DNA of 64,000 nt from Eledone cirrhosa (GCA_964016885.1 OZ024742.1:36890001-36954000); one strand, 5' to 3'; shown: positions 12,168-25,299, counted from the stretch's first letter. Program-made: numbers and translations. Notes: generated from the letters alone by a model not told the origin.

Positions 12168-13210
12168 ATATTTTATTTACTGTTGAATAAAAAGAAATAA
12201 TACAATGCTTACAGAACGAAAGCACAAACAAATATAATATAAAGGAAAGGGAGAGGGAAAACAGGAGAAAAAACAAAACAAAAAACAACACAAATCTGAG
12301 ACCACATACAACAAAAGGCAGGCGAAAGGGATGGACAACCCAGCCGCTACCAGAGTAAAAGATAACAATATCGCGAGGAGCACTGGGAAATCTCTCTAAT
12401 GATTTTTGAGGCAAGCCAGCACGCTCGCAGAGTTACCTCGAGTGATGGCCAAGCTGATGCGCTGGAACAACCAAGCGCCCTCGCGAGATTCACCAGTTAC
12501 CTCTGTTAGGTGAGCCGCCAGTGAAGATAGGAATCTCGCAGTCAGTAGCCCAACTCCCCCAAACGTCTCGAACGCCACAAGCGGGAAAATGTAGTTGGCC
12601 GACAGATCACAATATTTTAGGATTTTGTTCCGTTCGGATGCGGAAGCTGTGGCTCTCGCCCTAACCACAGCATCCAGGATGTGGTAAGAAGCAAAAGAGT
12701 CACCAACTGTGACGTCCCAGACAAGGGACTTGCCTCTCGACCAGGGGCACAGGGTAATGCCATCAGGTCTTTTTCCATCACTTCTAAACAACCCAGATGT
12801 TTCCAAGATTGACCTGATGTTTGCCCAGGCCAAAGCTCTCTTGAGAATAAGGTTTAGCTCCTTATGACATGCGAAGCGACCAGCATTCAGGCAGCAAGAA
12901 AGACTGTGGAGTCGAGGAGTTTGCTACACGACACCTCAAACCCATACAGACGTCAGCTCGCACTCTGAGGTCAGTGGAGACACAAAGTTCGTCCAGGCTG
13001 GGTAGGCCACCAATGTTAGCCATGGGTAAGGCATCAACCCAGTCACCTGAGTATTTGGTGCTGGCAGACAGTAAGCAGCATCTTGAAAACTGATCCAACT
13101 GGATGAAGAGGGAGTCGAAGATGACCTTCAAACTTATGCTGTTCCAAGCTCTCTGACTTCAACTGTCCTCCATCTTCTCAGCAACAGACAAGCCCAACTC
13201 ACTCCATAAA
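12168..13210 (-). mobile_element. CRE-clade non-LTR retrotransposon 3' fragment with 3'UTR
   Basis: ORF 12396-12833: RSDGKRPDGITLCPWSRGKSLVWDVTVGDS...K..KY...AFETFG...WLFQRISLAITRGNSASVL. Upstream ASTKYSGDWVDALP. AATAAA near 12175 on the - strand. Confidence 0.85.
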
Positions 13211-14373
13211 CAAGAGTATAAACATAAAATGAAGTATGTTCATATTTTAGGAAGAATGGAAAGATTAACATTGCAATAGAAACAAACAATTAGACATTAA
13301 ACAGAGAGGAAAACGGTAGATTTATAGAACACCCCTCTTGATTTCAGTTGGAAATAATTGTTTTTCATCCATGACAAAAACATTAACATGTCCTCTGCAA
13401 ATTAACCAGAATCACCTTCACCATTGTAAATAACGTTCTGAAGTTATCCTGCCAAGTTAACTCTGATCAAGTTGTTTTAATCATGACCATACTGTCGTTT
13501 GGAATGTAATCACTTTTAAAGAGAATAAAAATATCTCGTCTTCTGCAAATTCATTTCGCATGCCCCACTCGTATATATGAAATGAACCTCTGTCATTTCT
13601 GACAGTGGGGGTTCCAGTTGTTGTATAAACAACACAGCATGCTCATAAAATTAACATGCAAGTTGCTAAACATTCTACAGACACATGTACCCTTAATGTA
13701 ATTCTTAGGGAGATTCACCTTGACGCAATGTCTGAGAAAACTGGCCCATTGAATTACTGGTATAGTTCATCTAATATGATTCCAAACAATTTCCTTCCAC
13801 CCAATTTTACTAAGATTTGGGTTGACCCAGGGTTATAATAAATGATAGTGAAGGCACATGGCTTTGTGGTTAGGGTATTCAACTCACAATCATATGGTCA
13901 TATGTTCGTTTTCCGGTGGTGCACTGTGTCCTTGAGCAAGACACTTTATTTCACATTGCTCCAGTCCACTCAGCTGGCAAATATGAGTTGTACCTGTAAT
14001 TCGAAGGGCCAGCCATGACACATTCTGTGTCATACTGAATCTTCCTGAGAACTACGTTAATGGTACCCATGTTTGTGGAATGCTCAGCTACTTGCACGTT
14101 AATTTCATGAGTAGGCTTTTCTGTTGATCCTATCAAAAGGAATACTCGTTGTAACTGATGGAGTGCCACTACAACTATGATAAATTATATTTGCTCCAGG
14201 TACCATGCAATGGGATTGAACCTAATAATTACAAAGCAATCTGAACACACACACTAATCTCATACCTAAAGATATTTCACTAAAAATCTGCAAATTTTGT
14301 CTGTTTTTCTTTTTAAATCTGTTTATTAGGATTAGTTTTTGTTAAATTTTCAGTTAACCAAAAGTCTTTCGAA

Positions 14374-14510
14374 ATGCAAAGAACTAAAAGAGCTTCATAT
14401 CTCCATTATGGGAAGGAAGAGGAAATCAGTGACTTTTCGGATATTTCTTTCTCAGACTTAGATGGTTCAGTGTCGGCATCATCTAAAAAACTATCCAAAG
14501 GAAAGAAAAA
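14374..14510 (+). CDS. TERF2IP: RAP1/TERF2IP-like gene, coding exon 1 (MQRTKRASYLHYGKEEEISDFSDISFSDLDGSVSASSKKLSKGKK)
   Basis: Acceptor ttttcag ends at 14353, ATG at 14374, donor AA|gtaagt at 14511. Phase 2 joins the next exon in frame. Confidence 0.75.
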
Positions 14511-14649
14511 GTAAGTGATCTACATTATTATGTAATCAAGTATTTATCATGTGATCCACATTATTCGGTAGTGAAATATCAAGTACTTCACATATTACTT
14601 CATCAAATATTTATGAAGTAATCTACATTATTATGTAGTCAAATATTTA

Positions 14650-14945
14650 TAAGAGGGATAAGTTGTGGTGTGCAGGAGAGAAGGCTGAGATGGTATGGAC
14701 ATATGATGCACATGGAGGATGACCGCTGGGTAAAGAAGTGCCAAGAAATCCTAGTAGAAGGAAGACGCAGTAGAGGTAGACCACATAAAACATGGGCGGA
14801 GGTGGTGAGAGCAGACCTCAGATCGCTGAAACTCACCAAGGAGATGACGAAGGACCATGACAAGTGGAGAGATGCTGTGCTGAATAGGACCCGTCCAACT
14901 CTTGCAAGCAGGGAAAAGCAGATGTAAAATGATGATGATGATGCA
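14650..14945 (+). mobile_element. RTE LINE 3' fragment
   Basis: QERRLRWYGHMMHMEDDRWVKKC...GRRSRGRPHKTW, followed by a (GAT)n tail. Confidence 0.85.
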
Positions 14946-15943
14946 CATTATTACATAATCCAATATTTATTAAATGATCCACATTATTATGTAGTCTAAT
15001 ATTTATTATTAGGATTGGCAGTATCGGTAGAGGGTCAGACACCATGCTTTGACGCATAGAGTTACGGCCCTTGCCATTCTGAGATCAAATCCTGCCGAGG
15101 TTAACTTTGCCTTTCATCCTTATGGGGTCGATAAATTAAAGTACCAGTAATGCACTGGATAATTGCTGGCCTAGTGCCAAAAGTAAAAACAATTATGTAG
15201 TCAAATATTTATCAAATGATGCACATTATTAAATAATCCGGGAGTATCGGTAGAGGGTCGGACGCCATGCTTTGCAACAAAGAGTTACGGCCCTTTATGG
15301 TCCGAGTTCAAATCCCACCGAGGTTAATTTTGCCTCTCATCCTTACGGGGTCGATAAAATAAAGTACCAGTAATACACTGGGATAATTGCTGGCCTTGTG
15401 CCAAAAGTATAAACAATCATTACGTAGTCAAATATTTATAACGTGGTACACAGTAAGACACTGAAATAGTGATCCACATAATAAGATAGTCAAACAATGT
15501 GTATCTGGTTTAGAACATATATACTGTATTCCTGCATGTTGTAAAAGGCAACTAAAAAGGTTGGCATAAGAAAAGGCATCTAGCTGTATTACATTACCTC
15601 GAAGAACCCCCATGATGAGTGTCATGGGGCCCGCAAGGCTTTTCCTTGCTTTGTCAGGAAAATTGGCCTTAAAATGCCTGTTGTATAATAAAATACTCAA
15701 AGCAGATTACATTTTAACCCTTTCATTACTACATTTAGTAATAATATAACTTTTCACTATCAAGTTGGTGTTTGGAACATAACTTAACAAAAGTTCTTAC
15801 ATAAAATTATTAAGGTGGCGGGGTTTAGATGAATATAAAAAAACAATTTTGTATCAGAAAACCAGGAGCGACTTCAGGTGATTTGTGTTGTATCCAGGTT
15901 ATTGTACTCTTAATTATCTACTGCTCTTGGTTCTGTTCTTTAG

Positions 15944-16061
15944 GAAACGGCATAAATTCTCATACGTTGAAGACTTGAAAATGTTGAAATACATCATGAT
16001 AGAAAACAGATATGATGAGATCAAAGGTATAGCTCTCTGGAAAGACATGGAACTTTTAGAG
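15944..16061 (+). CDS. TERF2IP: RAP1-like coding exon 2, first part of the Myb domain (KRHKFSYVEDLKMLKYIMIENRYDEIKGIALWKDMELLE)
   Basis: ttctttag| acceptor and GAG|gtaaga donor. Pattern R..F...ED..(I/M)L.Y........G..LWK.ME fits the Rap1 Myb domain. Confidence 0.88.
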
Positions 16062-17189
16062 GTAAGACTATTTTTTTATTCATATTTTAATCACCTACCC
16101 ATAACATCTTGCCTATCATCCTTCCTACTTCTCCCCACCACCTATTCTTTCCCTCACTCAACATGTCTCACTAGGGACAAGTTATCATCCATAGGGTAAA
16201 GAGGAATATATAGTTGAGTCAATGACTAACAACCTCCCTATTGCTAGTGCCAGAATAAAATGCAGCCAGTACACTTTGTAAAGTGGTTGGTGTTGGAATG
16301 GCTTCTGGCTTTAGAAACTTTGCCAAAAGAATTGAGGGGACCATTCAGTCACATTACAGTTGCACTCAGTACACCCAGTAAAGTGGTTGGCATTAGCAAG
16401 GATATTCAGCTGTAAACATTTCAAAAATGGAATGATAGGTCCCTTCAAGAGCGTGACAATCTCTCTAGTGTTGGTGACATGATAAAACATACCCAGTACA
16501 CTCTGTAAAATGGTTGGTAATAGAAAGGGCATCCAGATGCAAAATAACTTGCCAAACAAGGGTCAAGAGGACTCCTCAGTTGTGTTACAGGTGTGGCAAT
16601 CTCCTTAGTGCTACTGCCACAATAAAATGCACCCAAAACACTGTAGTGTGTGAGATTGTATGTGAGACAGTGGCGTATTAGTGGGAGGGTGCAGCTGCAC
16701 CCACCCACCCACCCCCCAAAAGAAAATTGTTAGCGGAAAAATTCTTTAAATTTCAAAAAATATTGTATACTTTGCTAATTTATTTTAATTACACAAAACA
16801 TAACAAAATATGTACAATGCAATAATGAATAAAGATGTCATAATTGGCATGCATAAAATTTTTGTTGGAAAATTATGAACGTCTGCTCCTCCAAAAATGA
16901 TAGGAGCAATATGCTTCTGAAGGGAGATGTGACTCCTCAGCTTGTCGAAGAGGTAAGTAACCCTGATTAAGTACTGGCTTGGTCTGAGGTGACCTGTCCA
17001 GTTCTTGCTAGCAGGAAAAACAGATGTTAAATGATGATGATGATGATATAATATATATAAGTGTAGGCATGGCAACCACATGATTTCAGGTTCCATTCTA
17101 CTGTATGGCTCTTTGGGCAAGTGTCTTCTACAATAGTCTCAAGCTGATCACTGCCTCGTTAATGACATTTGGTAAACAGAACCTGTGAA

Positions 17190-17720
17190 TAAACCTCATT
17201 ATCTCTGCACATCACATGTCCACACTAATGCAGTTTTCTTTCTTGCACACTACATTTGATCTTCCAGTCCATCCATGCTTCACCAAACATGCACAATAAT
17301 ATCACACATCCATCAAAGCTAGCTTGTTTCATTTCTCTCCATCCTCTGTATTTACTGCCCATGTTTCATTTCCATTCAACATCACATTTCGTATGCAGGT
17401 TTCATACAGCCAGCCTTTCATTCATAGAGAGAAACCTTTTGTTGTCAATAGAAGTAGTAGCTCTGAGCTTTTACCGTCCTTTCTTATTCTAGCTATTACA
17501 TTTTCAAAGCAATCACCTCCACTGCTCATTAGGTCACTTAGGTAACAGAAGCTATCAACTACTTCTATGGAGTTTTCCTGAGATTGGGAATTGTTTATTA
17601 CACTGGGATTCTTATTACTTTCTACCCCTGTGCATCTCCCATATACAAAGTCTACTTTTTCTGAGAGTCTGCCTACAATCCCACATCTTGTGTGTAATCA
17701 TGGTTTACATTGTGTACATT
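17190..17720 (-). mobile_element. RTE LINE fragment
   Basis: Antisense homologue of the 40342-41064 RTE ORF. Confidence 0.7.
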
Positions 17721-17975
17721 GTACAGCTGTCCTATGTAACTCACAACCTCTTAATTGTGATTCCAACACCCTAACTACATAAGGTTGGGGGTTCGATTCC
17801 TGGACTGGTTGGTGCATCGTGTTCTTGAGCAAAATGCTTCATTTTACATTGCTCCTTTTGCCAGAAGTTATGACTGGCAGATAGTATCAGCAATGGAAAC
17901 AATTTCCTTGATCCATTTTTACAATTGGCTCCTTTTTTTTACTTTTTATAACTTTTCTTCCAACTTCCAATCCAG

Positions 17976-18429
17976 ATCACAACTCATACATCACAGTCGA
18001 TGAAGTACCATTTCTTGAATACAGTCATAAAAAATTTAGATAAATTCAACATCGACAAAGCTTGGGTGAACACCCTCTACCATAATTACCCCAGTTTATT
18101 TGAACCTAAACAACAAAAGGATTCCGAGGATTTGCTAAGTACCTTACGAAAGAAAGCTAGTCAGGTTCTGTGGCAGGCAGAAGCTGCAAAGAAGACCCTG
18201 ACTGAGTCGAAACAACTTCATAACACAAGTCTACTGCAAGAACAAACAGAAGAAGAGCAAGAGGAGATGGATGAAAATGATCAGTTAACAGAGAAAGTAT
18301 CTGAACAAGAGGAAGATAGTGGTGAATGGCAAGAAAGGAAATGGAAACGGCTGTTGAGAAAAAATGGAAAGCAAAGAAGACAATATAAAGTCCAAAGGCA
18401 GTTAAGCACCTCAGAGTCGGAGACTGAAG
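17976..18429 (+). CDS. TERF2IP: RAP1-like coding exon 3, Myb helix 3 (ITTHTSQSMKYHFLNTVIKNL) followed by an acidic/coiled region
   Basis: ttccaatccag| acceptor (phase 0), G|gtaaga donor (phase 1). HTSQSMKYHF resembles Rap1 HSWQSLKDRY. 454 nt open. Confidence 0.88.
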
Positions 18430-18472
18430 GTAAGATATTTATTGATTTTCTTTTTATATTGATCTTTCTTTT

Positions 18473-19075
18473 GTCACGTGATGCGCATGAAAGACGACAG
18501 CTGTATAAAAAAGTGCAGGGTGATCAAAATTGATGGAAGTTACGGAGTAGGTAGACCCAGAAAAACCTGGGACGATTTGATAAATTCCGACCTTATACGC
18601 TTGCACTTCTCTAAGACAATGTCACTGGACCGAGATCTTTGGCGCCACGCAGTAATACAGAAGACCAGCCTTGCCTATGTACAAAGCGAAACCTACTGTC
18701 AGTAGGCACCTCTTAACCAAATATACACCCCAACCCACTACCCCTTCTCCCACTCCCACCAACACCACCATTTCTCTATAAAGTTATGTTGGTACCACAA
18801 CATCCAGTCCAAACTAATGAGGTCGTGTAGGTGTCACGACAAAAAACACACAGTCCACGGTGTAATGTGACCGTGTAGGTAACACGGTAAAAATCTCCCA
18901 GTCCACACTGTAAATGTGGTTGGTGTTAGGAAGGGCATCCAGCCATAGAAAACCTGCCAGATAGTCCTATACGAGCGAGACATGGTCACCCGACCAATCT
19001 TACCTCAAGTGGGACAATTCCCGTCTAACCCATGCTAGCGTGGAAGATAGACGTTAAACGATGATGATGATGATT
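18473..19075 (+). mobile_element. RTE LINE 3' end with 3'UTR and (GAT)n tail
   Basis: Near-identical to 40859-41410 (HVMRMKDDSCIKKC...GRPRKTW). Confidence 0.9.
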
Positions 19076-19184
19076 TCTTTTGATTAATTATTTAGCTAAC
19101 GAATTGACAGAAGCATCAGAGCATTGGAAAAAATGCCTTACAGTATATATTTTGATTCTTTATGTTATATATTTATATACACGC

Positions 19185-19215
<31 letters not shown>

Positions 19216-21384
19216 TATGTATGTACATATATGTGTATATGTATATATGCACCCTACAAGGGGAATCTATAGATAGATAAATATATTGAATGTATATTTA
19301 AAATGATGATGATGATGATGATTTGGATGTAGGTTTTATGCCAAGGTGAGCTCTACAGATGCCCTCTTCGTGTGTCTATGACCAGTGTATATAGAGCACA
19401 GACACCCACATATCATCATCATCATTTTACGTCCGCTTTTCCCTGCTTGCAAGGGTGGGATGGGAACTGATTCTGGCTTTATTTCTACAGCTGGATGCCC
19501 TTCCTAACACCAACCTCATTTACAGTGAGTGCTGGGTGCTTTTTGTCCGTGGCGCCTACACGTCCATTTTACAGTGTGGGCTGGTTCCTTTTTTTCCGTG
19601 GCACCTCCACGACCACTTTGCAGTGGAATGATAGGGACCCTAGTTCTATCATCTCATTTCTACAGCTGAGTAAACTGGAGCAATGTGAAATAAAGTGTCT
19701 TGCTCAAGGAAACAACACATCACCCGGTCTGAGTATTGAACTCACAACCTTTCGATTGCAAGGCCAATGCTCTAACCACTAAGCCATGTGCCTCCATATA
19801 TATACACACACACACATTTATATATATATATGGGCCTTCCAGTTTCATTTCACATATACATGTCTGTGTATATTTTAATTATTTAAAAATTATTTTTAAG
19901 TGAACATAGTTTTTTTTTTATATTTTGAAGTAAACGTAACCCAACGGGTCATGGGTGGCCTAGTGTATAATAAACATATATAATTCTCATCAAATATTGA
20001 ATCCAATCTCACTAGAGCCCTTGGTTTTGATTCTTCTTTTACCGTAATTCAGCATTCATTCTACCCATGATTCATGATTTGGCCCATGGTTCATGATTTT
20101 ACCTACCATTTTACCAACAATACATGAACTTACCCACCAGTGCACTCAGTCCACTCTGTTGGGTTGTCATTTTGGTGCCATGATAAAAAGTACCCAGTCT
20201 ACACTGTAACATGGTTTGCATTAGGAAGGGCATCCAATTGTAGAAACTAAGCCAAAATACAGATCCATATGAGCAAGACATCACCTGACCTGATATGTCT
20301 CATAAAGTGACAACCCATGTAACCCATGAAAGCATGGAAAAATAGACATTAAGTGGGGATAATGATGATGATATAGGCACCTGTGTGGTCAAGATGTTTG
20401 CTTAGGAACCAAGCAGTTTCTGATTCAGTTCCACTGCATGACACCATGAGCAAGTTTCTTTCACTATAGCTCAGGCTGTCCAATGCCTTGTGAGTGAATT
20501 TGATAGATAGAAACTGTAAGGGATTTTGTGATACAGTAAAGTGGTGGTGTTGGTGTCATGATAAAATGAACATAGCCCATACAGTAAAGTCATAGTGCTG
20601 GTGACATGATAAAATACACATAGTCCATATTGTAAAATTGTAGTGCTGGTATCAACAAAATACACCCATTACATACTAAAGTTTTTATGTTTAGCATTAT
20701 GAAGGGCATCCAGCTGAAGATACCATGCCATAATTAAATATATGAGAAAGATGAGGTCTTCTGACCTGTCTAGTCATAGAATATGATAACCCATCCAACC
20801 AATGCCAGTGTGGAAAACACATGTATATATATATATATATGTCTGTGTGTGTATGCCTGTCACCACAAATGTTAAATCAACATAGAACCTGTGGTGACAG
20901 TTGTTTATGTCTTCCATAAACAATATGACCTGCACTATTGTGGTTCAACAAATGTTACCGGTATATACTGTACTTAGAATAAAGTGTGGGTTGGTATAAG
21001 GAGGAGCATCTGGCCTTAGAAAACCTGTCAGAAAAGATCTTGTCCAGCTCGATGGTGATATATTTATAAACACACACACTATCATCATGATTGTCATCAT
21101 AAATTTACATTTTTTTTCCATGTTAATGCATTAGATGGGTTATTCCAGACTGAGTGAATACTTAATCAGAGCTACTGTCCTCCTATACCAGCCAAGGGCT
21201 ATGTCTTGCTTACATACATTCCAGTTCTGGCATGGTTTTTACACCTGGATGCCCTTTCTAATACCAAACACTTTACAAATTGTACTGGGTGCATTTTATC
21301 ATAGCACAGCACTAAGTAGGTTATCAAATCCTTGAAAACTAATGAGCTTGCTCAACTTTTTGTTTGGCATGGTTTCTATACATA

Positions 21385-21893
21385 TGTACAGCCACCGGAA
21401 ATAACAGCTGTGAAATATACAGCGCCATCTACCTGTTAGCTAGCTACTCAACGTGAAACAAAAGAACCCTTAGAACCTACCAGAATTAGAACCTACTAGA
21501 ATTAGAACCTACCAGAATAAACGCCTACACATCGACTAAACAACAAAGGATTGTTCCTGTATAAATAGAGTGGTCCCTAACACTTTCGCTAGTCGACTTT
21601 TGGCAGAGTCAGCTAGCGCATCGTTGTTCCTTTACTCTGCCACGCTTTATCACTCACACACGCATTGCCTTGTACCCCGTATCGTTGCTTCATGTGAAAA
21701 TAAATAGCTGATCGAATTTACATCTCGCCTTGCTTCGTCCTTTCAACCTGTGCTTTCGTCTGTCCATCCTCAACAGTCCTTTTAAGGGCTATCTTCAGAT
21801 CTGATCAGACCGTATGCGATAACAGTCCTTCTAAGGACTATTCTCGGATCTGATCAGAAGTAGTGACTAGACTGACCAACCAGCGTCGCTACA
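21385..21893 (+). mobile_element. Solo LTR, 509 bp
   Basis: TG...CA ends, 4-bp TSD CATA (21381-21384 and 21894-21897), TATAAATA near 21560, AATAAA near 21699, CpG-rich relative to the intron. Confidence 0.85.
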
Positions 21894-21963
21894 CATATAT
21901 AACATTACACAAATGCACACATACATATAGCTAACATGTGATGTGTATATTTTATTATGTTAG

Positions 21964-22115
21964 ATAGCAATGTGGTTAGCAAAGAAACTAGTGGCTACAC
22001 TGAGGCAAATTGGCAAGATTCAAATACGGAAGAACCCACTGTTATGTCAGAATATGACAAGATGTTACTCAATGAGGCTAAAAAGCATGCTAACAAGAGT
22101 AACAATACATCACAG
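21964..22115 (+). CDS. TERF2IP: RAP1-like coding exon 4 (DSNVVSKETSG...MSEYDKMLLNEAKKHANKSNNTSQ)
   Basis: ttag| acceptor phase 1, CAG|gtaagc donor phase 0, open and phase-compatible. Confidence 0.8.
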
Positions 22116-22185
22116 GTAAGCCCTTCTGTCTATCGGTAACTCACACTCTCCCTCTCTTTCTCATATATAATGACTATGGATTTTG

Positions 22186-22546
22186 CACCTCTTAACCAAA
22201 AATACACCCCCATCCCACTACCCCCACCCCCATCTACACCACCCCTTTCTCTGTAAAGTTATGTTGGTACCACAACATCCAGTCCTAAATAAATGAGGTC
22301 GTGTAGGTGTCACAACAAAAAAACACACAGTCCACGCTGTAATGTGGCCATGTAGGTAACACAGTAAAAACCTCTCAGTCCACACTGTAAACGTGGTTGG
22401 TGTTAGGAAGGGCATCCAGCTGTAGAAAACCCGCCTGACAGTCCTATACAAGCAAGACAACCAATCTTGCCTCACGTGGGACAATTCCCATCTAAACCCA
22501 TGCTAGCATGGAAGATAGACGTTAAATGATGATGATGATGATGATG
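22186..22546 (+). mobile_element. RTE 3'UTR-only copy with (GAT)n tail
   Basis: Matches 18706-19075. Confidence 0.85.
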
Positions 22547-22835
22547 AATGTTCCCCTCTGAGGCACAAAATCAGACAAGGTGTTTTTTGTGGCAGACCAA
22601 CAGTCACCCATGCATACTGGTCTCCCCTCTCCACATCACCAAATATTGTCCAAGGGAAAGGCAAAGGTCAATACAGCTTGGCACTAATGATGTTGCAACT
22701 CATTTCTACAGCTGAGTTAGCTGGAGCAACGTGAAATAAAGTGTCTTGCTTAAGGACACAACATATCGCCCAGGCAGGAATCAAACTCTCTAACCACTAA
22801 AACATGTGCCTTCACTCATATATATATATATATAC

Positions 22836-23336
22836 ACACTGTAGTCCTAGCATTTGCAATCCCAACATTCGTGGTCCCGGTTATTCGTGGAATTTTCCTT
22901 AGAACCTAACTAATAATTGTTCGTGGAACCATAAATATCTTCTGGGATTTTTTTATGGCGTTTTTCATGGTAATGTATATTTTTGTCGAATGCCATGCTT
23001 TGCAACATAGAGTTACGCCTCTTTATGATCTGAGTTCAAATCCCGCCGAGGTTAACTTTGCCTTCCATCCTTATGGGGTCGATAAAATAAAGTACTAGTC
23101 ACACACTGGGGTCGATTTAATCGACTTTCCCCTCCTCTAAAATTGCTGGCCTTGTGCCTATATAAGAAACCAATATATATTTTTTCACGCTTTTTTAACG
23201 CTAAATTATTAATAACATATTAGCTGGCCTATATTTTACATTATGTTTTGATGTTTATAGGCATTTTTATGAACCACGTCCCATATTCACGGGGGCTCTA
23301 GGAACGTAACCCTGACGAATATTGGTGGACAACTGT
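22836..23336. mobile_element. Tigger/pogo-like MITE interrupted by a SINE (about 22986-23172)
   Basis: Degenerate TIR-like ends (ctgtagtcc...ggacaactg), internal attcgtgg repeats, nested SINE. Confidence 0.5.
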
Positions 23337-23855
23337 GTATAGAAACCATGTAGTATGACAGTTGCTGGCTAATGATGTCTGTCGCCCCTAAACCAGTAAT
23401 TGGTGCAGGTTTGGTTGAAATGCTGAGATCGTTTTGGACATAGCTCTGAAGGTTGGGGTTAGTTATAATTTATGTCTCATATGGCATGAGATACTCCCAT
23501 TGATACCCCTCCAGTAATCAACAAAATTACTGAATAACCTACTATATTTGTGTGTGCGTGTATATATATATATATATATATTGCCTGAGAGCTGAGCTCA
23601 CGCTGTTTCAACAATAATTTGCCATCAAAACAGTGTCAGCTCAGCCATGGAACACTAACTATTTACAATACATACACTCTGCTTTCCTAAATATTGAGTA
23701 CTTAGCTGAAAATATTCTTATTTGTCTAAACTGGTAACTTCCAATCTCACTCTCTAAATACACGTGTTTTTTCTCAAAATATTTTTTCTCCATTCCTTCC
23801 TCTTCTTATCTTCTTACTCTCTATCGTTCTATTTCATCTGTTATTTCTCATTCTA

Positions 23856-23891
23856 TCTTCTAATGAAGGACTAGTGTCCAAAAGATTAAGA
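23856..23891 (+). pseudogene. Decayed copy of the same hammerhead family
   Basis: tcttCTAATGAaggactagtgtccAAAAgattaaga: core positions mutated, partly CpG-type changes. Flanks match 44470-44547. Confidence 0.65.
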
Positions 23892-24500
23892 CTCTTCTAC
23901 TATATCAAGCAATATATATATATATAAATTTGCCTCTCATATAAAGTTAAAAATGTGTGTTAACAACAGCAACTCATCACAGGGAAGACTTTCTCTCTCT
24001 TAGTTATATCACTGAATCCCTACAAATTCTTCATTATTTTCAAAATTATTTAAAACCTATAAGCAATATCTATCATTAGAAATAGTGTAATGAAAGGGTT
24101 AAATTGTTTATAGTTATCTAAAACTTTCCATCATAATTTTATGTCAGAACCTGTATGTTCCAAACACCAGCTTAATAATGAGGAAGTTAGTTTTATTACT
24201 AAATCCTTCCAAATACTTGATTATTTTTTTAATTATTTGAAAATCATAGGCATAGAAATATAGTATGAAAAGGGTTAAAGTGTTTATTATTCATGAACAT
24301 TTGTTAATATATGTTCCAAACACCATCTTAATGTTGATAAAAGTTATATTACTAAATCCTTCAAAATTCACGATTACTTTCCAAATTATTTGGAAGTTAT
24401 AGGCAGTGTCTTTTATTAGAAATATGGTAACAAAAGGGTTATAGGTTATATATATTTGTAGAATTTCATACAAACTAAACTGGAATATTATCACTTACAG

Positions 24501-24627
24501 GAGGAATATGTGTCAGAAACTTCCTGTTCTTCGGAAGTGTTGGTGCCAGAAGATTTAAATATCCCTATAGACCGTAGGAGTCAACTTAGGAAGAAAAGGG
24601 AAGCTCAGAAAAAGACTTTTCAGTCAA
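24501..24627 (+). CDS. TERF2IP: RAP1-like coding exon 5 (EEYVSETSCSSEVLVPEDLNIPIDRRSQLRKKREAQKKTFQS)
   Basis: cacttacag| acceptor phase 0, A|gtgagt donor phase 1. Confidence 0.8.
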
Positions 24628-24689
24628 GTGAGTATTTTACTTTGGACAACAACATCTCAGACACCAGTACCACTGTCATGATCATCAAA

Positions 24690-25140
24690 GGCACCATCAT
24701 CATCATTATTATCATCATATCGTTACTGTTACTAACAATTTACTAACATCAACATCATCATCATTATCACCACTACTACTATCACCAACAATTTATTAAC
24801 ACTATTGCTGCCATAATGAACATTATCAGTTTTATTATCATTGTTAGTAACAATTTATTAACATTATCATCATCGCTATCGTTATCAACACCACCACCAC
24901 CATCATTAGCAACAGCATCATTATCACCAACATTTTACTAACAACATTTTGATCAACATCATTGTTACCAATATTTTACTAATATCATCATCCTCACTAA
25001 CATTTTACTAACAGCACCTTCACTAATATCATCATCATCATCATCACCACCAACATTTTATTAACATTATCATCATCATCAACACCATCAACATTATCAG
25101 CATCAACACTACCATCACCATGTTCATCATTATCATCCTT
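24690..25140. repeat. Degenerate (CAT/CAC/TAA)n low-complexity tract
   Basis: Trinucleotide runs visible. Confidence 0.85.
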
Positions 25141-25299
25141 GACTGCTACTACAGAACCCAGGTTTTATCAACCTTTCTAACCTTCAACCACATCTACAGA
25201 AGAGTGAATTGATGGGGAGAGAACTCTGTTATTCACTATGCACTAAACATGGTGTGAATGTTTGCAACAGAATAGACTCCACTAAAATCACCCACTCAA

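Noticed and set aside
18430-18533. C-terminal part of the 177-aa ORF 18000-18533
   Set aside because: Read-through past a consensus donor (G|gtaag) into intron and RTE sequence.
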